Virus record (IMG/VR): IMGVR_UViG_651324002_000003
Span: 19,934 to 83,933 of that record
Origin: a virus
Taxonomy: Duplodnaviria > Heunggongvirae > Uroviricota > Caudoviricetes
Direction: 5' to 3' (one strand)
Length of the DNA: 64,000 nucleotides
Below the pieces are notes generated by a model. It was not told the DNA's origin. It did no database searches and worked only from the letters and a program-made list of their open reading frames with translations. Below, piece after piece: positions 19,595 through 29,079 of this stretch (position 1 is its first letter; each line of letters opens with the position of its first letter). A program made the position numbers and the translations under genes.

Positions 19595-21007
19595 TTACAT
19601 TGCCATCCAGTCAAGTCCATTGTCACGCTTGCGACTGTATGCGTCTCGCTTGCCTTCTGGTTCTGGCTTCTTCGGCGTCCACGGTCGTGACGTCAAGGCA
19701 TAGGCAGTTTCGTCGAAGCAATGATCCTCTCCGGTTGTATCGACCTTCTCAGGTTGCCGCTTATCATGCGTTAAGACCGGTATAGTACGGATATTGTGGA
19801 AACAAGTCTCGAAAAAGACGATCCCCGGAACCTGTTTACCATCACGCCCTTTGTATCCATCCAGTCGCAACTTCAGCTGCTCTGCACCATTTTCCCGGCC
19901 TTTCTCTGATTTAGCGAATGTGGTCTTTTTATACTCTGACAAAACATTGTTGATTTCTTCGGCCACAGTAGGCCCAGTCGTACCAGATGCATTCCAGCAC
20001 GCACTATCAAGTACCCCATATGAAATTTCCCTATCTTCCTTTTCTGCCTCGACTATCTTCATTGCAACCTGCCTGGCGTTTTCTCCAGTTCCCACGTTCG
20101 GCTTGCCTCCATAGCCATACAATTCACGGTACTTCCAAATCATGGAGTCATAATCAACCGCATACCACCCAACTGCGTATGGCCGGTAACTCCCCCAGTC
20201 CATCGACCTGAACCGCAACCATCCTGTCGGGATTGCAAAAGGCTTGCACACATGGATCGTTTTACTCCAGGAAGTAAAAAAGCGTCCTCCAGTGACGCCC
20301 CATTCTCCCTCGCCGTATACTTTATACCCTTCTGGATCTTGAATCTTACGCAGTTCCATGCGTCGATAGTATGCTTCGTCAATAAACCGGTTGTCTCGGT
20401 ATGTGCTATGGTGCGTAAAAATGTCAGGACTTTCAATATCAAAGTATTTCGCTTTAATCCAATGATTCGCGTCAACCGGGTTGAAGCTGAATGTCATTTG
20501 GTAATACAAATTAGGATTCAGCAGTTCGCCGCGCAGGCGGTCGTCAAGGATGTCAACATCGTCCTCATCGAACTCAGTGGCTTCCTCAAGCCATATCCAG
20601 CAGAGTTTCCCACGTTCAAACGTGACGGACTTAATCTTTTCTCGTTGGCTATCGTCTTTCATGCCACGAAAGATGATTTTATTTCCTGTTTTGTTGCACA
20701 CCATTTCAAGCGGGCTCTGCCTAACTGTCCACAACGCACTAGCCATGTCACCGCAAACACGGTTGATTGCGGCCTTGACTTCTGCGTATGTGCTATCTCG
20801 GTTTGATTCGTCAATCTTTCTGACTACCAGGAGATTCGCTCCGGCGTATTTATCATCCATCAGCTTTACAACAAAGTCCTGGGCTATATCGACCGACTTC
20901 CCGCTACCGGCACTACCCTTTGCCGCACGATATCGGCACCTTGTCCTGTTGAATTCGCGAAAAATGGGATTAAACTGGACGCGAATGACATTAGCCATCT
21001 GCACCAT
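19595..21007 (-). CDS. terL: terminase large subunit
   Basis: 470 aa with an N-terminal Walker A (AAKGSAGSGKS) and a C-terminal nuclease-like region. Confidence 0.85.
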   Translation of the reverse strand: MVQMANVIRVQFNPIFREFNRTRCRYRAAKGSAGSGKSVDIAQDFVVKLMDDKYAGANLLVVRKIDESNRDSTYAEVKAAINRVCGDMASALWTVRQSPLEMVCNKTGNKIIFRGMKDDSQREKIKSVTFERGKLCWIWLEEATEFDEDDVDILDDRLRGELLNPNLYYQMTFSFNPVDANHWIKAKYFDIESPDIFTHHSTYRDNRFIDEAYYRRMELRKIQDPEGYKVYGEGEWGVTGGRFFTSWSKTIHVCKPFAIPTGWLRFRSMDWGSYRPYAVGWYAVDYDSMIWKYRELYGYGGKPNVGTGENARQVAMKIVEAEKEDREISYGVLDSACWNASGTTGPTVAEEINNVLSEYKKTTFAKSEKGRENGAEQLKLRLDGYKGRDGKQVPGIVFFETCFHNIRTIPVLTHDKRQPEKVDTTGEDHCFDETAYALTSRPWTPKKPEPEGKRDAYSRKRDNGLDWMAM

Positions 21008-21446
21008 CGCCGTAATCTATAATGATACGGGTTTCAGTTTCTATCGGTTTACCATCTTTGCCGGTATGCTCGATTTGTTTTTGGTCCTTATATAGACCTT
21101 TTAGTTCGAAAAACAGCTTTATTGCGCTGGTATCACCTATCTTGCATTTGCGCACCAGTGCCTTCCAGACTTCATTTATTTCACTGTTGGTGTATTTATC
21201 GATCTGTTTATTGAGATAGTTTACAAACCTTTCATCCTTCATCCACCGGTAAAAAACCTGTTCTGTTAGTCCAGCGGCTTTTATCTTCTCCGCCTTTGAC
21301 CTTCTATCGTCAGGATTTAAAAGCATCTCAGTCACTCTGACCAATTCAGGCCGTGGTGTCCAAACACTAACGGTTTTTGGTCTTTTTCTTTCCTGGCTTT
21401 TTTTCGTTTGCTTTTCCTGCGTCATCATCTCCACCACCGTATTCAC
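20991..21446 (-). CDS. terS: terminase small subunit (putative)
   Basis: 151-aa basic protein overlapping the terL start. HTH-like stretch (GLTEQVFYRWMKD). Confidence 0.5.
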   Translation of the reverse strand: MNTVVEMMTQEKQTKKSQERKRPKTVSVWTPRPELVRVTEMLLNPDDRRSKAEKIKAAGLTEQVFYRWMKDERFVNYLNKQIDKYTNSEINEVWKALVRKCKIGDTSAIKLFFELKGLYKDQKQIEHTGKDGKPIETETRIIIDYGDGADG

Positions 21447-22032
21447 TCAATATGTCAGGAATATCTATCGTCCTGTACGGGTCATTCCAATCAAGGCCGT
21501 ATTGCCTTAGTATCATCGAAAAGTCCTCTATATCATGGGGCCTAATCTTTCCATCGTCCTTGATATGCAACAACTCGTGCAGCATCAATACCTTTTTCTG
21601 GTTTTCCGTCAAGTCCTGGACGTGCGGATCGTAAAACGTCACTATATACCGGTAATCCATCAGTGCCCTAAACGGCCCTGTAACCATCCGGCAATCAGCA
21701 AATACTACTCCACCGGTTTTTCTGTCTATCTTCGGTTCGTATGACAGCACATAGCAAATGTTCTCCCTGCCGATATACTCATCAATATAAAAGAGCTCCG
21801 GCCTTTTGGAGATAACTCTGTCTCCTAGTTGCCGTAGCTCTTCTGATATTTCACAATCATAGCACTGGATCTCTTCGGTATTATAATCCTTCTCCAGGTA
21901 TCCATCATGTCCGGGGACTTCCAGCGATATGTCAAACCGCTTTTTCTCATCTACTTCCATTTCTGTTTTGGAGCGTCTCGTTACTATCCTTCCTTTGACT
22001 GGGACAATGACTCTATCTCCCTCTACATACAT
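21367..22032 (-). CDS. putative phage metallopeptidase-like protein (HExxH)
   Basis: LMLHELLHIKDDGKIRPHDIEDF motif. First gene of the late operon. Confidence 0.45.
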   Translation of the reverse strand: MYVEGDRVIVPVKGRIVTRRSKTEMEVDEKKRFDISLEVPGHDGYLEKDYNTEEIQCYDCEISEELRQLGDRVISKRPELFYIDEYIGRENICYVLSYEPKIDRKTGGVVFADCRMVTGPFRALMDYRYIVTFYDPHVQDLTENQKKVLMLHELLHIKDDGKIRPHDIEDFSMILRQYGLDWNDPYRTIDIPDILSEYGGGDDDAGKANEKKPGKKKTKNR

Positions 22033-22112
22033 CAGTTCCCACCGACTTCGCTATGTTCTGTTGATTAAGTTTAATCCACATCGCTTTCACTTCCTCGTGC
22101 AAATAATAAAGC

Positions 22113-22172
22113 CACCCAGATTTATTCTGAGTGGCTTTTGTCTTCTGCCCTGGTGTACTAGCCCAGGGCATT
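22113..22172. terminator. two adjacent GC hairpins (GCCACCCAGA..TCTGAGTGGC and GCCCTGG..CCAGGGC) flanked by A- and T-runs; bidirectional-terminator-like, upstream of the late operon
   Basis: Inverted repeats read directly. Lies in the 240-bp gap before the packaging genes. Confidence 0.4.
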
Positions 22173-22271
22173 GTATGAAAGGAGGGCAACAGCATGGTGG
22201 ATTTTCGGTTCATCCACACTTTTATTATATCTGCTTTTCTCCTATTTGTTGCGATTGTTTTGCGATGATTT

Positions 22272-22538
22272 TCACCCGGCAGCAATTAGTAGCTTATCAC
22301 CTATAAATTCGGTTACCTCGTCCATCTCTATGTATATGAGATAGGCGGCTGTCCCAGGGTCGTCTAAGTGATTTGTTTTGGTCTTTCGCTGCCCTTCCCA
22401 ACCAACCTCCGTCCCCTCTTTAGCCATGGCATTTAACTGCACCAGGCTAATAACATCAGGATCGCCCGTTAGGCGTCCATCTTCCCATGTCACCTCTACG
22501 TCTTGTCCGTGTATCATGCCCTTAACGGTATATTTCAT
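22272..22538 (-). CDS. hypothetical protein
   Basis: 88-aa ORF. Confidence 0.35.
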   Translation of the reverse strand: MKYTVKGMIHGQDVEVTWEDGRLTGDPDVISLVQLNAMAKEGTEVGWEGQRKTKTNHLDDPGTAAYLIYIEMDEVTEFIGDKLLIAAG

Positions 22539-22674
22539 AGTTGCCGCCCCCTATTCTTCCTTCATTCCTTTTAGAACATGTGTTTGTTATCATCATATCA
22601 CCGAACAAACGTTTTGTAAAGAAGTTGGCTGATGGTAAATAAACGAAAGCCCCTACCTCTCGGCAGGGGCACGG

Positions 22675-23280
22675 TCACTGCTTTTGTATACTCTTCTGTG
22701 ATAATTCCAGTATGCTTACCAATACCGGTATTTCTTTAATTGATAGATAGTAAATTACCCAACAATCACCCTGCTTCGTTGTGTGCAATGCCGGCTTTTT
22801 CGGGGTAGTGCCAATGTTTTTCGCAAAATACTGATCAATATGATAGACAATATCCTGACTGCCATAAATACGTAAACGCGGCGATCGAATAACATCACCC
22901 TTTCTAGTCTTTCTCTTCCAGGTATCTACAACGCTTTTTGTATAGCAGTATCCTCGGATAAACTCAATATGATCGATTTCTCCTGTAGGGTATAGCCTGG
23001 ACTTATCCATTCGCCCCGTCCACCCCAGTTGTAATAGCTTTTGACAAAAGGGATGATCCAAACGTATGCGCAAACCTATTTTGCCGACTGTCGGACTGAA
23101 CGGACGTGACCTAGTATTGATCGTTTCAGCTATGGTTTGCAAAAGTTCCCTATCGTGATAACGGATATATAGACGGGCATCGGATATAGTTCCAATGCCC
23201 CAGACAAACCCTATGATCCAATCCTCGGTCATCATTGTCCCATCGATTCGATCAACGCCAGGCGCTCTGTCGGCGACCAC
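22675..23280 (-). CDS. hypothetical protein, possibly a degenerate LAGLIDADG-like fold
   Basis: Two spaced motifs (WIIGFVWGIGTIS and HIEFIRGYCYTKSVV) resemble LAGLIDADG helices but lack the catalytic acidic residues. Confidence 0.3.
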   Translation of the reverse strand: MVADRAPGVDRIDGTMMTEDWIIGFVWGIGTISDARLYIRYHDRELLQTIAETINTRSRPFSPTVGKIGLRIRLDHPFCQKLLQLGWTGRMDKSRLYPTGEIDHIEFIRGYCYTKSVVDTWKRKTRKGDVIRSPRLRIYGSQDIVYHIDQYFAKNIGTTPKKPALHTTKQGDCWVIYYLSIKEIPVLVSILELSQKSIQKQ

Positions 23281-23573
23281 CCAGCAGCCTTTTCAGACAG
23301 AGCCTTCCTTTCCTCCGCTGTGCCGGTGGCGGCGTCCAGAATACTGTCCTGCATGTATTTTATGCTCAGATCGCTGACCATACTGCCGCAGACGACTTCG
23401 CTCATGATCATCGTTTCTTCCTCGGTCAGTGCCGGTGCCGGAGTCAGTTTGAGCATTATTTCATACCGTTCCACCACGTCCCCTAGTCTCTGACTAAATC
23501 CACCGGATCGTCTATTCTTTGGGCTTGACGCGTCCGGAAGTGATTCCTGCAGGCGGATCAGCGGGTCATTCAT
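23232..23573 (-). CDS. hypothetical protein (start trimmed to the internal Met after the upstream stop)
   Basis: ORF 23232..23678 overlaps the upstream gene by 113 nt. The internal MNDPLIR start removes the overlap. Confidence 0.35.
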   Translation of the reverse strand: MNDPLIRLQESLPDASSPKNRRSGGFSQRLGDVVERYEIMLKLTPAPALTEEETMIMSEVVCGSMVSDLSIKYMQDSILDAATGTAEERKALSEKAAGWSPTERLALIESMGQ

Positions 23574-24351
23574 CCATATTGTTTTCTTCACAGTTTGGTC
23601 CCTCCTGTAATTCGCATATAAGCATTTTAAACTCTTCCATGTAAGATATTTTATATGTTGCGGGGAGTTTAATCCCACATTCCACCAAAGCGTCCTTTGT
23701 TAGCTTTGACACAACATACAGTGCGCTCCCCCGGGGCTGTTTTGTCAATTTATACGTTTTCCCTTTTTTGACGGCTATGGTCTTTGCATCATCACCCACG
23801 ATACCTACATCAATACGGTCCCCTACTCCACAACCAATTGTATTTTGCAGATTCGCCGCAGGGTTAAAAGACAGCATGTTATGCTTGGATATTTTTAGCA
23901 AGGGTGTTTTATCCCTGTAAATCGTGTTCTTTTTAGGCACACCTTTTTTACTAATCCAAGTAATATTTTTCCCAAAGTCGCGCTGAGGCTTTCTATTTTC
24001 ATAATTTTCCCTTTCTTTTTTGTTGTGATTCTTGCGCAAACACTCTGGGTCATCGCAGACAACACGAGCATGCCCAGTTAAAGGTTTATCGCAATATCTA
24101 CAAAACAAGCCATTTGGAGGGCCGTTATTTGCCATTTCCTTGCGCTTTACCCTTTTAATCCTCTCCCGGCACTGCTCGCATGTCGCAAGCCCTTCTGCCA
24201 GAGGATTTTTGCGGCATACAGGGCAAATGCCCTTATCAATAAAGCTCTGCCGGTACGCTTTTTTGTAACATGTTTGACAGAGTCCCTTGATTTGGGCGTC
24301 TCTAATGCCGCAATTGGAGCACTTATCTGTTTCCATTATCTTTCTCTCCAA
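23566..24351 (-). CDS. multi-zinc-ribbon protein
   Basis: Three or more CxxC...CxxC pairs in the N-terminal 110 aa (CSNCG..CQTC, CPVC..CEQC, CRYC..C..C). Confidence 0.45.
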   Translation of the reverse strand: MERKIMETDKCSNCGIRDAQIKGLCQTCYKKAYRQSFIDKGICPVCRKNPLAEGLATCEQCRERIKRVKRKEMANNGPPNGLFCRYCDKPLTGHARVVCDDPECLRKNHNKKERENYENRKPQRDFGKNITWISKKGVPKKNTIYRDKTPLLKISKHNMLSFNPAANLQNTIGCGVGDRIDVGIVGDDAKTIAVKKGKTYKLTKQPRGSALYVVSKLTKDALVECGIKLPATYKISYMEEFKMLICELQEGPNCEENNMDE

Positions 24352-24419
24352 TATTGCAGGGTCCTTGCGGCCCCGTCATTCATTGCGCCGGGATTCGCCG
24401 CCCGGCTCGGCATGTGTTT

Positions 24420-24713
24420 TTAGTACCGTTCTACTACCCGATCAACCTCGTCATAATCATACTGGTCAAGTTCTTTATCAACGCCGTCTGCGTCTTTTCT
24501 GGTGTTAAAAATCCAGTACACCGTGTATTCATCTCCGCATTCGTCAACCGCACTGGCCGACATCTCAAAATCATAATCGCCGTTGTCATCCGGGTCATTG
24601 TAGCCGTTGTGTTGGATTAATCTGCCGGTAAGGTCTGCTTGACTGGTTAGGATGTACTTTTTGCCTTCAAACTCCACGCTGCCAAATTCTCTTTCCGTTT
24701 TTACCAAATCCAT
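24420..24713 (-). CDS. acidic hypothetical protein
   Basis: 97 aa, D/E-rich. Confidence 0.4.
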   Translation of the reverse strand: MDLVKTEREFGSVEFEGKKYILTSQADLTGRLIQHNGYNDPDDNGDYDFEMSASAVDECGDEYTVYWIFNTRKDADGVDKELDQYDYDEVDRVVERY

Positions 24714-24860
24714 AATATTATCCTCCTTGCGGCTGCGCTGTGCCAGCCGTCTCAGTTTATTTGAGGTATTTCCTTACCTCTTGATTATATATTACTATAT
24801 ATACGTATATGTGTCAATATGTTTTTGTGGTTATTTTTATCTATTTGCAAAAAAATAAAG

Positions 24861-24895
24861 GCCCCGACCAGAGCCGGGGCTAATCTATTTTTTCT
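24861..24895 (-). terminator. rho-independent terminator immediately after the 24885..25427 gene
   Basis: GCCCCGG..CCGGGGC stem followed by a U-run on the minus strand, with an A-run on the other side. Confidence 0.5.
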
Positions 24896-25427
24896 TATTG
24901 ATAGGCTTGTCGAGAGCCTTTCGAATCATGTATTCATTTACCGGCAGTCCCGTTACGGCTGCCTTTTCGACAATCCCTTTCCATTCGGCGTCTGTGGCCT
25001 TTATCGGCTGCCTGGCCTTTCGCCGGTCCAGTACCGGCGGCCTGCCAACCTTTCCACTGCTGGCAGCGTCATCGGGGATATACCAGCGGCCAGACTGCGG
25101 GTCTTGGAAGGCTCCAGGATATTTCCCGTTCGTGCAGTTTCGAGTCACCATCTGACGGGATATTCCCCTTTCCTTCGCGAAGTCGGCTGCCGTAAGAAAT
25201 CCGTCCGGAACTGAAATCTGGCCATCAAACCATGAATCCTGCTGTCGCTTGGCACATTCTGTTGACTCGCATATTCGGGCGCGGCCGATGGTCGGCCGGC
25301 CGCAAAATGGACAATTAGACATACGTGTCACTCCTCCTCGGGGTATTCGCCATAAATGTTCGGAACATCCAGCGGGATAAGCCATGATCTCCCCGTGCTG
25401 GGGTACGCTACCCGGCCTACGTGCCAT
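24885..25427 (-). CDS. zinc-ribbon / DNA-binding hypothetical protein
   Basis: CPFCG...C..C motif plus a basic C-terminal region. Confidence 0.4.
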   Translation of the reverse strand: MARRPGSVPQHGEIMAYPAGCSEHLWRIPRGGVTRMSNCPFCGRPTIGRARICESTECAKRQQDSWFDGQISVPDGFLTAADFAKERGISRQMVTRNCTNGKYPGAFQDPQSGRWYIPDDAASSGKVGRPPVLDRRKARQPIKATDAEWKGIVEKAAVTGLPVNEYMIRKALDKPINKKK

Positions 25428-25636
25428 TCATGAAAAATAGTATCCTGTTCAAAAAACCAATGATGATCTAAGTCGGTTGTGTTAAGAATTTCCACCGCCC
25501 AATGCATGGAGGCTCGGGCGTTTTCCAGTTCGCGAATTATAACCGGGTCGGAACTTGCCTCTTTTTCAAAATGATTTATAGTATTAGTTCGACCCTTCAT
25601 TTTGGCTAAAACCCTTTCAAAATTTTCCACTTTCAT
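25328..25636 (-). CDS. hypothetical protein
   Basis: 102-aa ORF. AGGAGG RBS directly after a conserved 5' hairpin. Confidence 0.4.
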   Translation of the reverse strand: MKVENFERVLAKMKGRTNTINHFEKEASSDPVIIRELENARASMHWAVEILNTTDLDHHWFFEQDTIFHEWHVGRVAYPSTGRSWLIPLDVPNIYGEYPEEE

Positions 25637-25678
25637 TCCTCCTTCTGCCGGGTTTAGCCGCCCGGCTCGGCGTATTCT

Positions 25679-26005
25679 TTACAGGCCAAGGGCTTCGCGT
25701 AATTCGGCTACAACTTCCTCGGCTGCTTCTGCGGTAACTTCGTCGGGGTCGTCTCGGTGGAGTCCTACACAAACCTCAATATGGTCTGCGATCTCTTGAG
25801 CGGTTCCGATCATAGCACCGTGGTCGTGGGCCGGCGAGTTTAACATTTCGGTTGATACTTCAACTACTTCTTCTCCTGTGCGGCAAGTCCATATGTAGAT
25901 GTAATGTTTTTCGTCGATCTGCCCGATCATGTATCGGGTTTGGTACAGTTCTTCGCTCAGAATGTCGGTGATAGTTTCAAACTGAATCGTGCTTTTCATT
26001 TTCAT
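25679..26005 (-). CDS. hypothetical protein
   Basis: 108-aa ORF. Confidence 0.4.
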   Translation of the reverse strand: MKMKSTIQFETITDILSEELYQTRYMIGQIDEKHYIYIWTCRTGEEVVEVSTEMLNSPAHDHGAMIGTAQEIADHIEVCVGLHRDDPDEVTAEAAEEVVAELREALGL

Positions 26006-26151
26006 TTCCTCCGTAAGCCGGAGCCTTGTCGCTCCTGCGCTCTCCCTTATCTTTAATTTAAGTATATACCATAATTATTTCAACGTCAATAAGGAATTGA
26101 AACTTTTTATAGAAAAAATAAAGCTCCAGACCGAAGTCCGGGGCGCATCTG

Positions 26152-26322
26152 TTAAGAAAGGGATTTTTGGACCATCTTGATCGTTTTTCTTATGCCGGGT
26201 AGTGCCAGATCATCTTTCGGCGCCTCCCGGTATTCACAAAAGAGATCGTTTTCCTCGTTAAATGCCGCATTGGCCCTCTGTTTTACCGTCGTCCCTTTCA
26301 TCGACTCACTAATCTTTGCCAT
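26152..26322 (-). CDS. small hypothetical protein (about 56 aa, found by hand)
   Basis: ATG with a GGATGAG RBS, followed by a UUCG-tetraloop hairpin plus U-run terminator. Coordinates approximate. Confidence 0.3.
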   Translation of the reverse strand: MAKISESMKGTTVKQRANAAFNEENDLFCEYREAPKDDLALPGIRKTIKMVQKSLS

Positions 26323-26414
26323 GGACACTCATCCTTTCTACGGTATCCCGCGACCATCCCGGCGAACGCCGGTAGGTTTCGGCCTGGTCCCTCCAAGCTC
26401 TCATTCAGGCGGGG

Positions 26415-26579
26415 TTAGGCAAAGAACCTGCAATTACACTCACTGCAAACATATTCACTTACTCCGTACTCTTCTTCCCACTTATCTGCATGTTCGTCCC
26501 ATTCTCCAATTTCGATATATGCAGGGCGGGTGCTGGATACAGTTTCTTTTCCGCAGAAGGGGCAAAACTTTGCAAACAT
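26415..26579 (-). CDS. small zinc-ribbon protein (about 54 aa, found by hand)
   Basis: MFAKFCPFCGKE...CSECNC with an AAAGGATGG RBS. Coordinates approximate. Confidence 0.3.
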   Translation of the reverse strand: MFAKFCPFCGKETVSSTRPAYIEIGEWDEHADKWEEEYGVSEYVCSECNCRFFA

Positions 26580-26623
26580 TCTCCATCCATCCTTTCACTT
26601 TTACACTTCCCGTGTAGCCATCT

Positions 26624-26827
26624 TCAGGCGGGGTCATTTTCTTCAACGCAACTATCGTCTACTATATAGGGAATATCCTCGCTGCCGTCCCTTGTCCAAG
26701 TCAGCGTATAATCTTGCTGAGCTTTTCCCACGGCTAAGTCCATAGCCTCCTGTAGTGTTTGCGCTTGTACTTGGATAATCGTACTTTCTGTGCAATCTCT
26801 CGTTACCAATACGTCCCATGTTTTCAT
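26624..26827 (-). CDS. hypothetical protein
   Basis: 67-aa ORF. Confidence 0.35.
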   Translation of the reverse strand: MKTWDVLVTRDCTESTIIQVQAQTLQEAMDLAVGKAQQDYTLTWTRDGSEDIPYIVDDSCVEENDPA

Positions 26828-26870
26828 TTTTTTCTCCTTTCCGCATTACCCCGGCTAGGCCGGGGCTGAA

Positions 26871-27116
26871 TCAGAATACTCTTTCCATTGTCCATTCCGG
26901 CCCGGCTCCTGCAGCGACCTGCTCCGGCAAATATATGTAGATTGCCGTGTTGGTGTAGCCTTTGCCGCGCCTGGTCTTTTCTACTTTGCCACCTTCCTGC
27001 AGCACAAAATCGAAATATGCCTTTTTAACGGCGGCTGCCGGGCTGTTCGCTTCGATGGTCATTATGTGTGGTCGGTTTGGGAGGTAGTTATTATAGACGT
27101 TGTATTTGTATTTCAT
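26871..27116 (-). CDS. hypothetical protein
   Basis: 81-aa ORF. Confidence 0.35.
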   Translation of the reverse strand: MKYKYNVYNNYLPNRPHIMTIEANSPAAAVKKAYFDFVLQEGGKVEKTRRGKGYTNTAIYIYLPEQVAAGAGPEWTMERVF

Positions 27117-27194
27117 TGGCTTTTTTCTCCCCTTCGCGGCGGGCTTGTTACCCGCCGGTTATTTATTTGGCCCGAAGGCCGTCGCTCTGCAATG

Positions 27195-27422
27195 TTATTT
27201 ATTCCAAATCTCAAACTTTCCAGATTGTTTTTGCGATAATTGCCGGAAATCAACGCCGTTTTTATAAAGCATTTGCCTTCCATACATGTCGGTTAGTATA
27301 AATGGTTTTCTAGTTTTATCATTTAATATAATGACGTAACAATAAACACCAGTTTGTTTGTTTAATCTTTTTAAAACAGTTCTATTTTGATTTTTTAATA
27401 CAACAATATTTTTTAATTTCAT
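27195..27422 (-). CDS. hypothetical protein
   Basis: 75-aa ORF downstream of an AT-rich divergent promoter region. Confidence 0.35.
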   Translation of the reverse strand: MKLKNIVVLKNQNRTVLKRLNKQTGVYCYVIILNDKTRKPFILTDMYGRQMLYKNGVDFRQLSQKQSGKFEIWNK

Positions 27423-27589
27423 CCTTACCGCCTCCGTATTATGTATTTGTAAATTTATCTTTGTGTTTAATTAAATATTATCGCGTATATAAATTCTTGT
27501 CAAGTGCGTTTGCGAAAATAAATCACCGATCGCATAAATATATTTACAAACGTTTGAAATAGTGGTAGTCTATAGGCAGGAGGTGCATC
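27423..27589. promoter_or_regulatory. AT-rich divergent promoter region with -35/-10-like hexamers and an imperfect dyad (CGTTTGCGAAAAT...ATTTACAAACG)
   Basis: TTGTCA and TTTACA...TAGTCT elements. AGGAGG RBS before the plus-strand HTH gene. Confidence 0.4.
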
Positions 27590-27793
27590 ATGGCAATAAA
27601 ATACTATAAGTTATTGGATATGCTGCAGCGGCAGGGAATATCGAAGGGCCAATTCGCCGAAATAACCGGTCTTTCAAGCGCCACTGTGGCTAAGCTATCA
27701 GGACATAAAACAGTCAATATAGAAATCATTGACCGTGTCTGTAAAACCCTCAACTGTCAGCCCGGTGACATCATGGAGTACATAGACGAATAA
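27590..27793 (+). CDS. XRE/Cro-type helix-turn-helix regulator
   Basis: 67 aa. QFAEITGLSSATVAKL...IIDRVCKTLNCQPGDIMEY is typical of small Cro/CI-like HTH proteins. Confidence 0.7.
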   Translation: MAIKYYKLLDMLQRQGISKGQFAEITGLSSATVAKLSGHKTVNIEIIDRVCKTLNCQPGDIMEYIDE

Positions 27794-27830
27794 AAGAAGA
27801 ACCTCGGATCTAGTCCGGGGTTCTTTTGTT
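27794..27830 (+). terminator. hairpin plus T-run terminator after the HTH gene
   Basis: GAACC..GGTTC stem followed by TTTTGTTTTCTG. Confidence 0.45.
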
Positions 27831-28355
27831 TTCTGCCTTTTGTTTAGGCCGTACCCACCCGGCCATTTCCGTAATGATCCCGGACAACATATACCGCACC
27901 CGGTACTCGCTGCAATGCAGAAGTTCCGCAATAATATAATTGCTCCGCCGGTATGTGTATCTCTGTTCCAGCAGTGTCTGCTCTTCCCGGCTCAGTCTTT
28001 CAATGGACGCATCGAACGGCGCCGCCCATTCTTCAAGTTCTCTTCGCCGGCACTGGATCTTTATCAGTCGCCGGCTTGTCTTCCCCATCTGCTTAACAAT
28101 CTGCTCAGTCTGCTCCTCATATTCCCCCATGAGGGATTCAAGTCCAGCATTCATATTCCCGCCGCCGATACACAGCCCATATTTTGCTGTTAACCCGGGG
28201 ATTCTTTTGTAACTGCCCAGTGTCTGCTGGATTTCATACAGATTGGCCTGCAGGGTCTTCTCAGTAGCCCTTAGGCGATCCAGCCGGCTTTTGTTGCAAA
28301 AATATAACCTAATGACTCTTTCTGTCTCTGGATACCACGTTGCTTTCTCCCCCAT
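27810..28355 (-). CDS. sigma-70 region-4 / ArpU-RinA-like late transcriptional regulator
   Basis: C-terminal LSREEQTLLEQRYTYRRSNYIIAELLHCSEYRVRYML matches a sigma region-4 HTH. About 180 aa. Confidence 0.6.
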   Translation of the reverse strand: MGEKATWYPETERVIRLYFCNKSRLDRLRATEKTLQANLYEIQQTLGSYKRIPGLTAKYGLCIGGGNMNAGLESLMGEYEEQTEQIVKQMGKTSRRLIKIQCRRRELEEWAAPFDASIERLSREEQTLLEQRYTYRRSNYIIAELLHCSEYRVRYMLSGIITEMAGWVRPKQKAENKRTPD

Positions 28356-28561
28356 ATTGCACCTCTTTTCTTTTCCAAAATGGCCTAACGGTCCCGTTCC
28401 ATCCCCTCGGATGGGCGCATCTCTTGCAGACCTTCGGTTCTTTTTTGCTCGGGTCCCAATACTTGCACGTTCCGCATTTTATCCCAGTTACGATGTATCC
28501 ACCACCTTAAAATAGCGTCCGGCTTTCGAAACCACGACGCTATTTGTCTGTTATTTACTTT

Positions 28562-29077
28562 TTACCTATCAGTGACGTCACAGTCATCCGTTGACTCATC
28601 CAGATACTTCTCGACCTGTGCTGCCGTAAAGATATCACCTTCCGCTTTTGCAGGCGGTTCGAATTGTCGATGCATACGGTCAATAATCGCCGAATCCAGT
28701 CGCCCATGCCGCTGATTTCGCGCGCAACAAGTTGCATAATCAGTATCCACATGATAGATAGCTACCCGCTTGCCGAATTCTTTGGACATCTGCACCCAAA
28801 TCCGGCGCCGCTCTACCGTTGTATTTGTTGCATCAACGATAACGGTATATCCTTCTTTTAGAAGGGTTCTGACCATGGTTTGGGCGATAGCCCATACAAA
28901 CGGTTCTGCGCTACCCACAAACTGACTACCATGCAGTGCCAAACGAATTGTATCCGGGCACACGACAACAATTTTGGGGCCAGACTCTGCACACCGCCGC
29001 GCTAATATACTCTTACCGCTCAAAGGCAGTCCGACAGTGATAACTAAGTTGCCTGGTTCTAAGCCCACTCTATCCAT
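28562..29077 (-). CDS. P-loop kinase (AAA_33 / polynucleotide-kinase-like)
   Basis: Walker A GLPLSGKS and a Walker B-like VIVDATN. Confidence 0.6.
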   Translation of the reverse strand: MDRVGLEPGNLVITVGLPLSGKSILARRCAESGPKIVVVCPDTIRLALHGSQFVGSAEPFVWAIAQTMVRTLLKEGYTVIVDATNTTVERRRIWVQMSKEFGKRVAIYHVDTDYATCCARNQRHGRLDSAIIDRMHRQFEPPAKAEGDIFTAAQVEKYLDESTDDCDVTDR

Positions 29078-29079
29078 TG

